Counted from the stretch's first letter, positions 1-9,722 are shown. The stretch: 64,000 bases of DNA from an uncultured bacterium (GCA_963801165.1 CAWDDT010000004.1:192001-256000), one strand, 5' to 3'. Made by a program: numbers and translations. The notes: generated by a model from the sequence alone, not told the origin.

Positions 1-126
1 ACCCTCCGGCCACGGCGGTGTGTTTTGCGGTGTGGATGGGGCACCGATTTGGCGAGCCTTGCCAAGCCCCGAGAACTTTGATTACGATGCCGCTCGCCAA
101 CCGGCTTTACCTGTGCAGTAGGGATA

Positions 127-1290
127 GTGGACCACCAGAACCGTAAGAGCGCCGTCGTCGCGACCCGTCCGGGGCGCCGTTTGCTCGGTCTCGTTGCCAG
201 CCTCGGCCTGCTGCTGGCCGCCTGTTCCGGATCGGGCCCCCAGACCGCACTGAACCCCGCAGGTCCGGTGGCACGCACCATCGACAACCTCTGGGAGATG
301 GTCTTCGTGCTGGCGGTGATCGTCTTCGTACTCGTCGAGGGGGCGCTGCTCTTCACGATTTACCGGTGGCGAGCCCGCAAGGACGACGATACCGAGCCCG
401 TCCAGGTGCACGGAAACACCCGGCTCGAGATCGTGTGGACGATCATCCCGGTCGTCGTGCTCGCCTTTGTCGCCGTGCCGATGGTGAAGGGGGTGTTCGA
501 CGTGAGGGCGGTCGCCCAGGGAAGCGACGTACTCCAGGTGCAGGTTACGGGCCATCAATGGTGGTGGGAGTTCGAGTATGTCGACCTGGCCGATGCCAGC
601 GGGCGCACCATCGACACCGCAAACGAGCTGGTGATTCCAGAGGACACCAAGGTCAACCTCACCATGACGTCTGCTGACGTCATCCACAGCTTCTGGGTGC
701 CGACCCTCAACGGCAAACGCGATGTCGTGCCCAACCGGATCACGAACCTCACCCTGATCGCCGACGATCCGACGCCGCCCGACCAGCCTCATCCGGGGCA
801 GTGCGCCGAGTTCTGCGGTCTGGCACACGCCGACATGCGATTCAAGGTGCACGTCCGCACCAAAGCCGATTTCGATGCCTGGGTGCAAGAGCAGCTGCAG
901 CCGGCGCAGACACCGACCGATGGTGCTGCAGCCGCCGGGTTAACGGCCTTCAGCTCGACGTGTGTCGCCTGCCACGACGCCACCGTCGCGGGTGACAGCG
1001 GCATCCAGGACATCGGCCCGGTTCGTACCATCGAGGTCGACGGCGTCACGTTCCGATCCTCGCTTGCCCCCAACCTGACCCACTTCGCCTCCCGGGCCAC
1101 GTTTGCGGGGAGTGTGTTCGAGAACACCACGGACCACCTCGCCCAGTGGCTGGCGAACCCGTCGGCGCTCAAACCGATGCGACCCGACCTCAACGACGTG
1201 CCAAACGGGCGCATCCTGGGCATGCCCAACTACAACCTGTCGTCCGACGACATCTCCAACCTGATTGCCCTGTTGGAAGGATGGAAGTGA
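127..1290 (+). CDS. ctaC: Cytochrome c oxidase subunit II with fused C-terminal cytochrome c (caa3 type), lipoprotein
   Basis: Lipobox LLLAAC; two TM helices; GHQWWWEFEY; CuA ligands HSFW...CAEFCGLAHADM; haem c motif CVACH and distal GMP. Confidence 0.95.
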   Translation: MDHQNRKSAVVATRPGRRLLGLVASLGLLLAACSGSGPQTALNPAGPVARTIDNLWEMVFVLAVIVFVLVEGALLFTIYRWRARKDDDTEPVQVHGNTRLEIVWTIIPVVVLAFVAVPMVKGVFDVRAVAQGSDVLQVQVTGHQWWWEFEYVDLADASGRTIDTANELVIPEDTKVNLTMTSADVIHSFWVPTLNGKRDVVPNRITNLTLIADDPTPPDQPHPGQCAEFCGLAHADMRFKVHVRTKADFDAWVQEQLQPAQTPTDGAAAAGLTAFSSTCVACHDATVAGDSGIQDIGPVRTIEVDGVTFRSSLAPNLTHFASRATFAGSVFENTTDHLAQWLANPSALKPMRPDLNDVPNGRILGMPNYNLSSDDISNLIALLEGWK

Positions 1291-1291
1291 C

Positions 1292-3175
1292 ATGGTGATC
1301 GACAGCGGGCCCGAGATAACGGCAGCACCCACCAAAGGGATCTGGAGCTGGATAACCACGGTCGATCACAAGCGGATCGGCCTCATGTACGGCATCACCG
1401 GTCTCGCCGCGTTCTTCATTGCCGGTCTCGAGGCGCTGTTGATCCGTCTGCAGCTGGCCACACCCAACGGGACGCTGATCAGCTCCGACACATACGACCA
1501 GCTCTTCACGATGCACGGTCTCACCATGCTGCTCGTTGTCGTCATGCCGATCGGGGCGGCGTTCATGAACTACTTCATACCGCTTCACATCGGGGCGAGG
1601 GACGTCGCGTTCCCAAGGGCGAACGCGTTCAGCTACTGGCTGTTCCTCTTCGCCACGATTCTGCTGCTGTCCTCCTTCGTACTTGGCGGTGCGCCCGACG
1701 GCGGATGGTTTGGATACGCCCCGCTGTCAACAGAGCTCCGTGAGATCGTCCGGATGGACTTCTACTCGATCGGTGCCCAGCTGCTCGGCGTGGCCTCGAT
1801 CATGGCCTCTGCCAACTTCATTGCCACTGTGTTCACCATGCGGGCACCGGGTATGAGCCTGATGCGGATGCCGGTGTTCACGTGGATGGCGGTCGTTACC
1901 TCCTTCCTGCTCATCTTCTCGCTGCCGATCTTCGGCATCGGGCTCTGGCAGATGTTCTTCGACCGGAATTTCGGCACGCAGTTCTACAGCGGGGCGGGTG
2001 ATCCGCTGTTGTGGCAGCACCTGTTCTGGTTGTTCGGTCACCCGGAGGTGTACGTCCTGATCCTGCCGGCGATGGGCATCGTTTCCGAGGTGTTCCCGGT
2101 GTTCAGTCGCAAGCCGCTGTTCGGCTACCCGTTTGTCGTGTTCTCCGGCATCGCCATCGGCTTCATGGGATTCGGGGTGTGGGCCCACCACATGTATACG
2201 GCGGGTCTGGGCCCGGTCGCCGAGGCCGGTTTCGGGATCGCAACGATGATGATCGCCGTCCCCACCGGCGTGAAGATATTCAACTGGATCGGGACGATGT
2301 GGGGTGGCAAGCTCAGCTTCGAGTTACCCATGCTGTTTGCCATCGGCTTTGTCTCGATGTTCGTCGTCGGCGGGCTCTCCGGCGTGCTCCACTCGGTCGT
2401 TCCGTCCGACTATCAGCAGACCGACACGTACTTCGTGGTGGCGCACTTCCACTACGTGCTATTCGGCGGCGGTGTCTTCGGGTATGTCGCCGGCGCCTAT
2501 TACTGGTTCCCCAAGTGGACCGGCAGGATGCTCGACAAGAAGCTCGGCCTCTGGCATTTCTGGTTGATGCTCCTCGGTTTCAACATGACCTTTGCGCCGA
2601 TGCACATCCTCGGTCTCAACGGCATGCCGCGGCGTACCTACCGGTACCCGCCGGGTCTCGGCTGGGAGTTCTGGAACCAGGTGGCGACGGTCGGTGCCTT
2701 CATCATCGCCATCTCCTTCGTGCTCTTTGCCTGGAACATCATCAGAAGCATCAAGGGTGGCCGTCCCGCAGGGAGCGATCCGTGGGATGGGAGGACCCTG
2801 GAATGGTCGATCTCGTCGCCACCGCCGGTGCACAACTTCGACGAGGTTCCCGTGGTCAGCCACCTCGACGAGTTCTGGCATCGCAAGTACGCCAGCGACG
2901 ACGCGGGGCGGGCGGTGCGTGTGCCCGCCGTGGCCGGCGGGACCATCACCGCGGAGACGACAACCGGTGGAGAGGACGGCCCCAAGGCCGGCATCCACAT
3001 GCCGTCTCCCTCGTACTATCCGATTGTGTCGGCGTTCGGCATCTTCGTGACCGCATACGGGCTCGTCTACATACCCGGAGGCTGGGTCGCGGTCGGGATA
3101 GGCGTGGCTATCGCCCTGATGGGATTCTTCGGGTGGTCTCTGGAGCCGGTAACGAGGGAAGGCAGCCATGACTAG
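1292..3175 (+). CDS. ctaD: Cytochrome c oxidase subunit I (A1 type) with C-terminal two-helix extension
   Basis: DHKRIG, TMHG, WLFGHPEVY, VWAHHM, VAHFHYV, GMPRR; start moved to ATG 1292, directly after the ctaC stop. Confidence 0.97.
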   Translation: MVIDSGPEITAAPTKGIWSWITTVDHKRIGLMYGITGLAAFFIAGLEALLIRLQLATPNGTLISSDTYDQLFTMHGLTMLLVVVMPIGAAFMNYFIPLHIGARDVAFPRANAFSYWLFLFATILLLSSFVLGGAPDGGWFGYAPLSTELREIVRMDFYSIGAQLLGVASIMASANFIATVFTMRAPGMSLMRMPVFTWMAVVTSFLLIFSLPIFGIGLWQMFFDRNFGTQFYSGAGDPLLWQHLFWLFGHPEVYVLILPAMGIVSEVFPVFSRKPLFGYPFVVFSGIAIGFMGFGVWAHHMYTAGLGPVAEAGFGIATMMIAVPTGVKIFNWIGTMWGGKLSFELPMLFAIGFVSMFVVGGLSGVLHSVVPSDYQQTDTYFVVAHFHYVLFGGGVFGYVAGAYYWFPKWTGRMLDKKLGLWHFWLMLLGFNMTFAPMHILGLNGMPRRTYRYPPGLGWEFWNQVATVGAFIIAISFVLFAWNIIRSIKGGRPAGSDPWDGRTLEWSISSPPPVHNFDEVPVVSHLDEFWHRKYASDDAGRAVRVPAVAGGTITAETTTGGEDGPKAGIHMPSPSYYPIVSAFGIFVTAYGLVYIPGGWVAVGIGVAIALMGFFGWSLEPVTREGSHD

Positions 3176-3761
3176 CGAAGCGGCGTCGGCACCGGCGCAG
3201 GAACATCACGATGTGCGCCCCGTCCGCAAGGCGGCGATGTGGGTGTTTCTCGGCTCGGAGTGCATGTTCTTCGGCTCGATGATCGCCACATTCCTCCTCT
3301 ACCGGAACCAGACGGGTGGCGGGCCCGGAGCCGACATCTTCAATCTGGGATTCACCTCGGTCAGCTCGTTCGTGCTGTTGATGAGCTCGCTGACCATGGT
3401 GCTGGCACACAACGCCTTCACTAACAGCGATGCCCGCGGCACCCGGATCTGGCTGGCCGCCACCGCGCTGCTCGGCATCACCTTCCTCGCCGGTCAGATT
3501 TTCGAGTTCACAGATTTCGTGCGTGAGGGGCTGACGATTTCGGGCAGCTCGTTCGGCTCGGCGTTTTTCATGCTCACCGGCTTCCACGGCGGGCACGTTG
3601 CGCTTGGCGTCGTCATGCTGCTTGCGATGCTCTATCTGTCGTTCGACGGTCGTCTCTACGATGATCACGGTCTCAACGTGGAGCTCGTCGGTCTCTACTG
3701 GCACTTCGTCGACATAGTCTGGATCGTCATCTTCACTGTCGTCTACCTTCTCCAGATCTGA
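3168..3761 (+). CDS. ctaE: Cytochrome c oxidase subunit III
   Basis: WVFLGSE, TGFHGGHV, GLYWHFVDIVW; overlaps ctaD stop. Confidence 0.95.
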   Translation: MTSEAASAPAQEHHDVRPVRKAAMWVFLGSECMFFGSMIATFLLYRNQTGGGPGADIFNLGFTSVSSFVLLMSSLTMVLAHNAFTNSDARGTRIWLAATALLGITFLAGQIFEFTDFVREGLTISGSSFGSAFFMLTGFHGGHVALGVVMLLAMLYLSFDGRLYDDHGLNVELVGLYWHFVDIVWIVIFTVVYLLQI

Positions 3762-3764
3762 GTC

Positions 3765-4073
3765 ATGGCACAAGCAACGACCACCAAAACGACCGCCAAA
3801 AGGCACCCCACACCAGCGCTCTACTGGGGGATTGCGATATTCCTCGCCGCCGTCACCGGGATGGAAATCAGCGTCCCGAATATTGACATCCCCGACGCGG
3901 TCAAGGTGCCGCTGCTGATAGTGCTCGGAGCCATCAAGTTCGCCGTCGTCGTCATGTTCTTCATGCATCTGCGCTACGACAAGAAGCTATACAGAAACCT
4001 CTTTCTGTTTGGCGTGATCGGGGTCATCCCGCTGTTCACAGTCGTACTGCTGGCGATGCACGCCTTCACCTGA
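3765..4073 (+). CDS. Cytochrome c oxidase subunit IV family protein
   Basis: Three TM helices, KFAVVVMFFMHLRYD motif, operon position. Confidence 0.85.
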   Translation: MAQATTTKTTAKRHPTPALYWGIAIFLAAVTGMEISVPNIDIPDAVKVPLLIVLGAIKFAVVVMFFMHLRYDKKLYRNLFLFGVIGVIPLFTVVLLAMHAFT

Positions 4074-4074
4074 C

Positions 4075-4914
4075 ATGGGCGTCGTCGCCGCCAACCCCGG
4101 TTTCTTCGACGTAGTTCCGTTCGATCCACATCTGGACACCATTGGTGTGCTGGCGGCGATGGTCATCTTCTACGAGTACGGTCTCCGCAGACTGGCGGCG
4201 CAGTACGCCCCTCGCGGTGAGGTGGCGGTCACCCGCAAGCAGCGATGGCTGTTTTACGCCGGGATCTTCTCGCTCTACGCCGTCTCGTCGTGGCCGATCC
4301 ACGACATCGGCGAGCAGAGTCTGTTCGTGTTCCATATGAGCGAGCATCTGGTTTTTGGCCTGGTCGCCCCGCCGCTCCTGCTTGTCGGAACGCCGTGGTG
4401 GCTGATTCGCCTCATCGTCAAGCCGGTGCTCCCAGTGCTGCGCGTGGTCACCAAGCCGTTCGTGGCGCTTGCCCTGTTCAACGGGATGCTGGGGCTGATC
4501 CATGCTCCCGCGGTCGTCGATCTGATGTTGCAGAACGAATTTGCGCACTTCGGCATCCATGCGGTGCTGTTCATGTTCGGCATATTCATGTGGTGGCCGG
4601 TGCTCGGGCCAATACCCGATATCCCACAGCTGGCACCGTTCCCGCGGATGGGATATCTGTTCCTCCAATCGCTGGTGCCGACGATTCCTGCCGCGTTTCT
4701 CACGCTCGGCCAGAAGCCGCTCTATCACATCTACGAGACCCTTCCCCGGCTCTGGGGCATCTCCGCCCTCAACGATCAGATGTATGCCGGGTTGCTGATG
4801 AAGCTCGGGGGCGGCCTCTTGCTATGGGGCTACATCACGTGGATCTGGTTCTCGTGGTGGAACGACGAGCAGCGCTACAGCGATCCGGCCCCGCAGACGA
4901 GGGCACACACCTAG
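4075..4914 (+). CDS. ctaG: caa3-type cytochrome c oxidase assembly factor (Caa3_CtaG family)
   Basis: HMSEHL...APPLLLVGTP, WWPV, DQMYAGLLMK motifs; last gene of the oxidase operon. Confidence 0.88.
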   Translation: MGVVAANPGFFDVVPFDPHLDTIGVLAAMVIFYEYGLRRLAAQYAPRGEVAVTRKQRWLFYAGIFSLYAVSSWPIHDIGEQSLFVFHMSEHLVFGLVAPPLLLVGTPWWLIRLIVKPVLPVLRVVTKPFVALALFNGMLGLIHAPAVVDLMLQNEFAHFGIHAVLFMFGIFMWWPVLGPIPDIPQLAPFPRMGYLFLQSLVPTIPAAFLTLGQKPLYHIYETLPRLWGISALNDQMYAGLLMKLGGGLLLWGYITWIWFSWWNDEQRYSDPAPQTRAHT

Positions 4915-5630
4915 GTGTTGGCTCCCTTGCCGTTGCCGGGGCCACCCAGGTAGGCGGCACCGGCGGCGCCGAGCACAACCAGGGCGGCGGCTCCGCCGAA
5001 GATGGCGATGGCGGCTGTGCCCTGGGCAGCCAGCAGCAGTTGGGAAAGGCCGATAGCGAGAGCCGCGATCACGACGATGGCGAGCATCGGTCCGGTCACG
5101 GCGCGGGTGGCCGCTTTCATCATGGCGGCTGTGCTCGCCGGGGCGGCCTCCCCTTCGAGCCCGACGATGCTCTTGGCCGCAAGTGTGGACACCACCCAGG
5201 CGACAAGGGCTCCGGCTACCAGACCTGCGATGAGCACGGTGATTGCCAGCGATGCGACGGGGACGGTGACCACGCCTGCCACGCTGTCACCGGCGAAGCC
5301 GACGCCCGCCCTGAGGATGCTGTAGCCGGCGGCAACTGCTGCCACCAGACCAAAAGGCAGGATGTGGGCAAGTGAGAAGCGGGTGGCGTCGCTGCCGTCA
5401 TCCGGGCCGGCGCCGTAGGCAACCGCAGCCACTATCACACCGGCGAGCAGGGCGACGATGACCCCGGCGAGATAGAGAGCCCCACCGGTCATCGAAAGCT
5501 GACCGTCACCATGGGCGTCTAGCCCGACGCCGCCCATGGCATAACGCCCGGCGACCAGAACGAACAGGGTGATCCCGAGCAAACCTCCGGCGAGGGCACC
5601 TGTGAAGATGACTGTCGAACGATTCCGCAA
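4911..5630 (-). CDS. Hypothetical multi-pass membrane protein
   Basis: About 6 Ala/Gly/Val-rich hydrophobic segments; GGAG upstream of TTG start; convergent with ctaG. Confidence 0.7.
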   Translation of the reverse strand: MRNRSTVIFTGALAGGLLGITLFVLVAGRYAMGGVGLDAHGDGQLSMTGGALYLAGVIVALLAGVIVAAVAYGAGPDDGSDATRFSLAHILPFGLVAAVAAGYSILRAGVGFAGDSVAGVVTVPVASLAITVLIAGLVAGALVAWVVSTLAAKSIVGLEGEAAPASTAAMMKAATRAVTGPMLAIVVIAALAIGLSQLLLAAQGTAAIAIFGGAAALVVLGAAGAAYLGGPGNGKGANT

Positions 5631-5693
5631 AGCTCACTCCGATCCGGGCTCGGCCAGGAGTGTAGTCTTCGCCTCGACTTCGTTTCGGCTCTG

Positions 5694-6599
5694 CTAGCAG
5701 AAGGTACCGGCGGGGTCGGCCGAGTAGATGCCCATCACGAGATCCGTTCCTTCGCTGCCCGTGTCGCTCACCGGTCCCCACAACAGCAGGTTTCCGGAGC
5801 CGCCCCTCAGCTCGAAAACACGACCGTAGTCGGGGTCCGTGACCACCTCGACGTCGAATCCGGAATAGATCTGTCGCAGCTGGCCCACATTGGCGCCCAC
5901 CTTCATCCCGCTCAGCGTCTCCAGCTCGACGGCCTGCGACGTCGCCGCCCCGTCGTAGGTGAGATCTAGCCGGTATCCGGCGAAGGTCTCGGTGCCGTCC
6001 TGGTCGATGATGACGACGGCGGCCAGGGCTCCGAACTTGACGATCCGCACCATGCCGCCTTGGCAAGCACCGTACTCGCCGGTAGAGACGATCGGGCCTG
6101 TGTCGCTTGTGGGTTGGCCAAAGGTGGCCACCAGCCGCCCCACGGCGTCGGCGGCGTCGCTGCCGAGAGCGATCGATCCCAGACCGCCGGTCTGCAGCTT
6201 CAGGTCGTCGAGCGACAGTGGCTGACCGACAGCGGTGTAAGGGTCGGCGACGACCGCAGCGGTCGTCGAAGTGGTGCTCGACGTGGTTTCGTCGGTGCCG
6301 GTGGTCTCGCTCGTGGTGGCCTCCGTCGTCTCCTGGCCGCTCGTGCCTGCCGCGGTGGTCGTCGTTGTTTCCCCGGCCGAGGCTGTCCCGTCATCCCGGG
6401 TCAGGTTGAAGATGGCGATCGAGAGCACGACGAGCAGCAGACCGAGGATCAAACCGGTGAGCAGAGGGCTCCGGGGTGGAGTCGCCGGCGGCAGCATCGG
6501 ATCCTCGAGTGCCGGCAATGGCTCTTCGCCGGTCAGGTCGACGAGGTCCTCGTATGGATCGTACGGTGGTTGCGACGGTGGTTCGTAGTCGTCGCTCAC
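5694..6599 (-). CDS. Single-TM surface protein with Thr-rich linker and uncharacterised C-terminal domain (paralog of 8700..9722)
   Basis: Acidic/Pro N-terminus, one TM, Thr-rich linker; C-domain shares GRLVA.GQP, TET..GYRL, LLWGPVS and GIYS with 8700..9722. Confidence 0.8.
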   Translation of the reverse strand: MSDDYEPPSQPPYDPYEDLVDLTGEEPLPALEDPMLPPATPPRSPLLTGLILGLLLVVLSIAIFNLTRDDGTASAGETTTTTAAGTSGQETTEATTSETTGTDETTSSTTSTTAAVVADPYTAVGQPLSLDDLKLQTGGLGSIALGSDAADAVGRLVATFGQPTSDTGPIVSTGEYGACQGGMVRIVKFGALAAVVIIDQDGTETFAGYRLDLTYDGAATSQAVELETLSGMKVGANVGQLRQIYSGFDVEVVTDPDYGRVFELRGGSGNLLLWGPVSDTGSEGTDLVMGIYSADPAGTFC

Positions 6600-6655
6600 G
6601 TCATCTCAAATCTCGGCATCTCGACATGTTATTGCCGGTATCGCTCAAAGCGGTG

Positions 6656-8581
6656 TTACTTCGGCGGTGTCGCGGTCGGACCCGCCACATATTCGTCGAG
6701 CAACTGATCGAACGGCTCGGTGGCCAGCAGGACCTCAGCCCCGTCGTTGGTCCGGTAATCCTCCACCGGAATCGTGAGCTGGATGATGTCGTTACGGTCG
6801 AGCCCGCGCAGGTTCCAGGCGACGCTGATGGCTTCGCTGAGGCTGAGCTGGTCGTCGAGCGTAAAGGCGTTGCCGACCGACCGGACCACCCCGGCCAGCT
6901 CCTGGGGGCTGTCGAACTCCGCCGCCTTCTCGAGCAAAGAGAGGATGACGTCCTGCTGACGCTGGTTCCTGGTGAGGTCGGAGACGTTTGGCATCGAGCG
7001 CCACGCGCCGTTGACATTCTCGAGCGTGTGCCGCGAGCGAACCCAGGCGAGTGCCTGTGTCCCGTTGGCCACTGTGCACCCTTCCGGGAGGTTGAGGTCC
7101 GACTTGCTGTCACGCACGGCATGCTCGACGCAGATCTCAACGCCACCGACCTCGTCGATGACCTCCTTGAACCCGTCGAATGTGAACAGAGCGAAGTGAT
7201 CGACGTGGACGCCCGTGAAGTCCTCGACTGCTCGCGAGAGCAACGTGGCGCCGTTTATGTCGGCACCACATCCGTTGAAGTTGGCATTGAGCCTCGTGTA
7301 GGTCTGGGTGCAGCGGTTGGGAAGGTAGAGGTCACGGGGCAGCGAGACCATGATCGGATTGCTGCCATCGGTGGGGAGCATCACCAAGATGATGACATCG
7401 GCCCGGTAGTTGCCGATATCGGACCCGACCACCATGTAGGTCTGGTACGTCCCGGTGTCGCTCGGGGTGGCTGTTACCGCGGTCTCAGCCTCAGGGGTGA
7501 ATGATTCACCGCTGTCGGCGGGGGGTGGGACGGCGGGGAGCTTGCTCAGAGCTACCACGTCGAACGTGTGGCGCTCGACCGAGTTCCATGACTGCAATGC
7601 CGAGTAGAGGTTCCATCCCGTATAGACGACCACGAGGATGACGAACGTCGTCACCATCCGCTTCACCGAGCGGCGCCACAACGGTCTCAGCTCGACCGTT
7701 CGCTCGGCGTGATTGACGACATAACCGATGACCGGGGCAGCCATCTCCGCAAGCTGGCTGCAGATCGTCTCCAAGCCGCGCGGGTCGATTTCTGGCGTGA
7801 CCACCAGCAAGGTCCCGTCGGCGTGGGTGGCGATTGCATCGAGAGTGGGGTCCCACCCGATCGGGGCTGTGTTGACGATGAGCAGATCTGCCTGCTCGGT
7901 TAGCTTGTCTACGACGTCGGCCAGCGCCAGCCCGGTCAGGGCGGCCCTGCGCTCGTCGAGGTCGGTGCCCACTGGGATGACGGGCAGCGTGTTGGCATCG
8001 TCTATCTTCCAGAAGCGGGTTGCCTCTTTGAGCGTTGTCCCACCCGTTGCCAGGTCGATCCAGCCGGGGATGGATTGGGATCGCCCGTATTCGGAAAGAC
8101 CACCTCCGGGATCGGCGTCGATCAACACCGCCCGGCGGCCCATCCTCGTTGCCGCTACGGCGAGATTGATAGCGACGGTGGTGGCTCCCAGCCCGGGTCG
8201 GGCGCTGCTCACCATGATCACCTGGCCCTTGGTGGCGCGTTCCAGACCGCGCACCGCCTCGATGTACACACGGGCGGCCGCCGAGTCGGGATCGCCGAGA
8301 ATCGGAGTGGGAGCGCCGTCGGTCGTCGGGACGTAGGCGATCACCGGCTCGTCGACCACCTTGTCGAGCCGCGGCCCGGACCGCACCCGCATCCAGATGA
8401 TCCAGGTGGTCGCGGTTATCAGACTCCCTACGATCGCGGCCCCGGCCGTGCCGATGGGCGAGCGCCAGTTGCCGGCGATGGACCAGAACACGAGCAGACC
8501 GACCAACACTGCAACCAGGTTGGGAACCGTCAGCACGTGGTTCCAGAAGTGTCCCTGTCTGTGTGGTGATTCACCGGTCAT
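6656..8581 (-). CDS. Fusion of a degenerate CpsD/CapB (BY-kinase/MinD-like) domain and a LytR-CpsA-Psr (LCP) phosphotransferase domain
   Basis: N-terminal TMs; SSARPGLGATT, LIDAD, LLIVNTAP; TM; LCP motifs RADVIILV, SLPRDL, VDHF..F.GF..VIDEVGGV, ALAWVRSRH, D..RNQRQQ. Confidence 0.85.
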   Translation of the reverse strand: MTGESPHRQGHFWNHVLTVPNLVAVLVGLLVFWSIAGNWRSPIGTAGAAIVGSLITATTWIIWMRVRSGPRLDKVVDEPVIAYVPTTDGAPTPILGDPDSAAARVYIEAVRGLERATKGQVIMVSSARPGLGATTVAINLAVAATRMGRRAVLIDADPGGGLSEYGRSQSIPGWIDLATGGTTLKEATRFWKIDDANTLPVIPVGTDLDERRAALTGLALADVVDKLTEQADLLIVNTAPIGWDPTLDAIATHADGTLLVVTPEIDPRGLETICSQLAEMAAPVIGYVVNHAERTVELRPLWRRSVKRMVTTFVILVVVYTGWNLYSALQSWNSVERHTFDVVALSKLPAVPPPADSGESFTPEAETAVTATPSDTGTYQTYMVVGSDIGNYRADVIILVMLPTDGSNPIMVSLPRDLYLPNRCTQTYTRLNANFNGCGADINGATLLSRAVEDFTGVHVDHFALFTFDGFKEVIDEVGGVEICVEHAVRDSKSDLNLPEGCTVANGTQALAWVRSRHTLENVNGAWRSMPNVSDLTRNQRQQDVILSLLEKAAEFDSPQELAGVVRSVGNAFTLDDQLSLSEAISVAWNLRGLDRNDIIQLTIPVEDYRTNDGAEVLLATEPFDQLLDEYVAGPTATPPK

Positions 8582-8611
8582 TGCGCTATACCTCGGCCCG
8601 AACGCCGATTG

Positions 8612-8671
8612 GCAATGTTAGATGTTGCCATGTTAGATGTTGCCATGTTAGATGTTGCAATGCTAGATGTT
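8612..8671. repeat. Tandem repeat, 4 x 15 bp (GCMATGYTAGATGTT)
   Basis: gcaatgttagatgtt / gccatgttagatgtt x2 / gcaatgctagatgtt; AT-rich; intergenic, upstream of the LCP fusion. Confidence 0.95.
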
Positions 8672-8699
8672 TTGGTGCTTGCGGCATCCGGCCCCCTGG

Positions 8700-9722
8700 T
8701 CACGGCGTAGCCGCCGGTCCATGGTCGCAAGGGCGAGGAGAGTAGATGCCCTCGACGACCCCCGAGGCGTCGGCGCTCGACACCGGCCCCCACAGCAGCG
8801 TGGCGTTGTCGGTCGACCGTAGCAGGATGAAATGGGGCTTGCCGTCGATCTCGATGAATCCCAATCCCGGCTGGAGATAGATGGCGTTCAGCTTCTCGAT
8901 GGTGTTGCCGAGGGTGAGACCGGAACGCGTTGCGATCTGTTGGGTCGGGTCATCGCTCGTCGTCGCGACGAGCCGGTACCCAACCAGCGTCTCGGTGTCG
9001 CCGGCCACACGGAATATGGCTGTGAGACCACCCCAGGTGTAGGCAACACCCTGGTCACCCTCGCATAGACCCATGTCGGTGCCGACATCGGCACGGCCGT
9101 CCGGCTGGCCGAGACTAGCCACCAGACGCCCGAGGTAGGACGTGCTTGTGTCGAATGTGAAGGGGCCGAGGGCGAACGCGCCAAGGGTTAAGTCGGTGAT
9201 CGGGACCGGAGTGCCGACCGCTTCGATCGGGGCCAGCGTGGTGGTCGTCGTCGAGGTTGTGGTCGGTGCGGTGGATGTAGTCGACGAAGCGGCTGTCGAT
9301 GTCGTCGTTGCTGTTGTGGTCGTCGGGACAACGGTCGAGGTGGTTGTCGCGATCGTCGTTGCCCCGCCTGCCTCCGTAGACGTGGATGGCGCGGCTTCGC
9401 CGTCGCCTCCGAGGGCTACCCGGAAGAGCAGGAAGATGACGAGTAGGCCTGCGGCGACACTAACGAGCAGCCCCCACGGCCGGGGCGGTCGGTCATCGGG
9501 AGGTGGCGGCATGTCGGCAGAAACGGGCATGTCGGCGGAAACGGTTGCTCTGCGCTCCTCGATGGCGGCCGCGACGATATCGGGGGTAAGCGGCGGCATG
9601 TCCTCGTCGACCATCGTGTCAATCCACGTTCTGCCACAGGTCGGACAGATCGGTTTGGTAACGGGGCGCACCGAGCCGCAGTACACACAGCGGCCCTTCT
9701 TGACTGGCATATTCTCACTCAC
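8700..9722 (-). CDS. Zinc-ribbon + TM + Thr-rich linker + uncharacterised C-terminal domain (paralog of 5694..6599)
   Basis: CVYCG...CPTCG; duplicated VSADMP; one TM; long Thr run; shared C-domain. Confidence 0.8.
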   Translation of the reverse strand: MSENMPVKKGRCVYCGSVRPVTKPICPTCGRTWIDTMVDEDMPPLTPDIVAAAIEERRATVSADMPVSADMPPPPDDRPPRPWGLLVSVAAGLLVIFLLFRVALGGDGEAAPSTSTEAGGATTIATTTSTVVPTTTTATTTSTAASSTTSTAPTTTSTTTTTLAPIEAVGTPVPITDLTLGAFALGPFTFDTSTSYLGRLVASLGQPDGRADVGTDMGLCEGDQGVAYTWGGLTAIFRVAGDTETLVGYRLVATTSDDPTQQIATRSGLTLGNTIEKLNAIYLQPGLGFIEIDGKPHFILLRSTDNATLLWGPVSSADASGVVEGIYSPRPCDHGPAATP

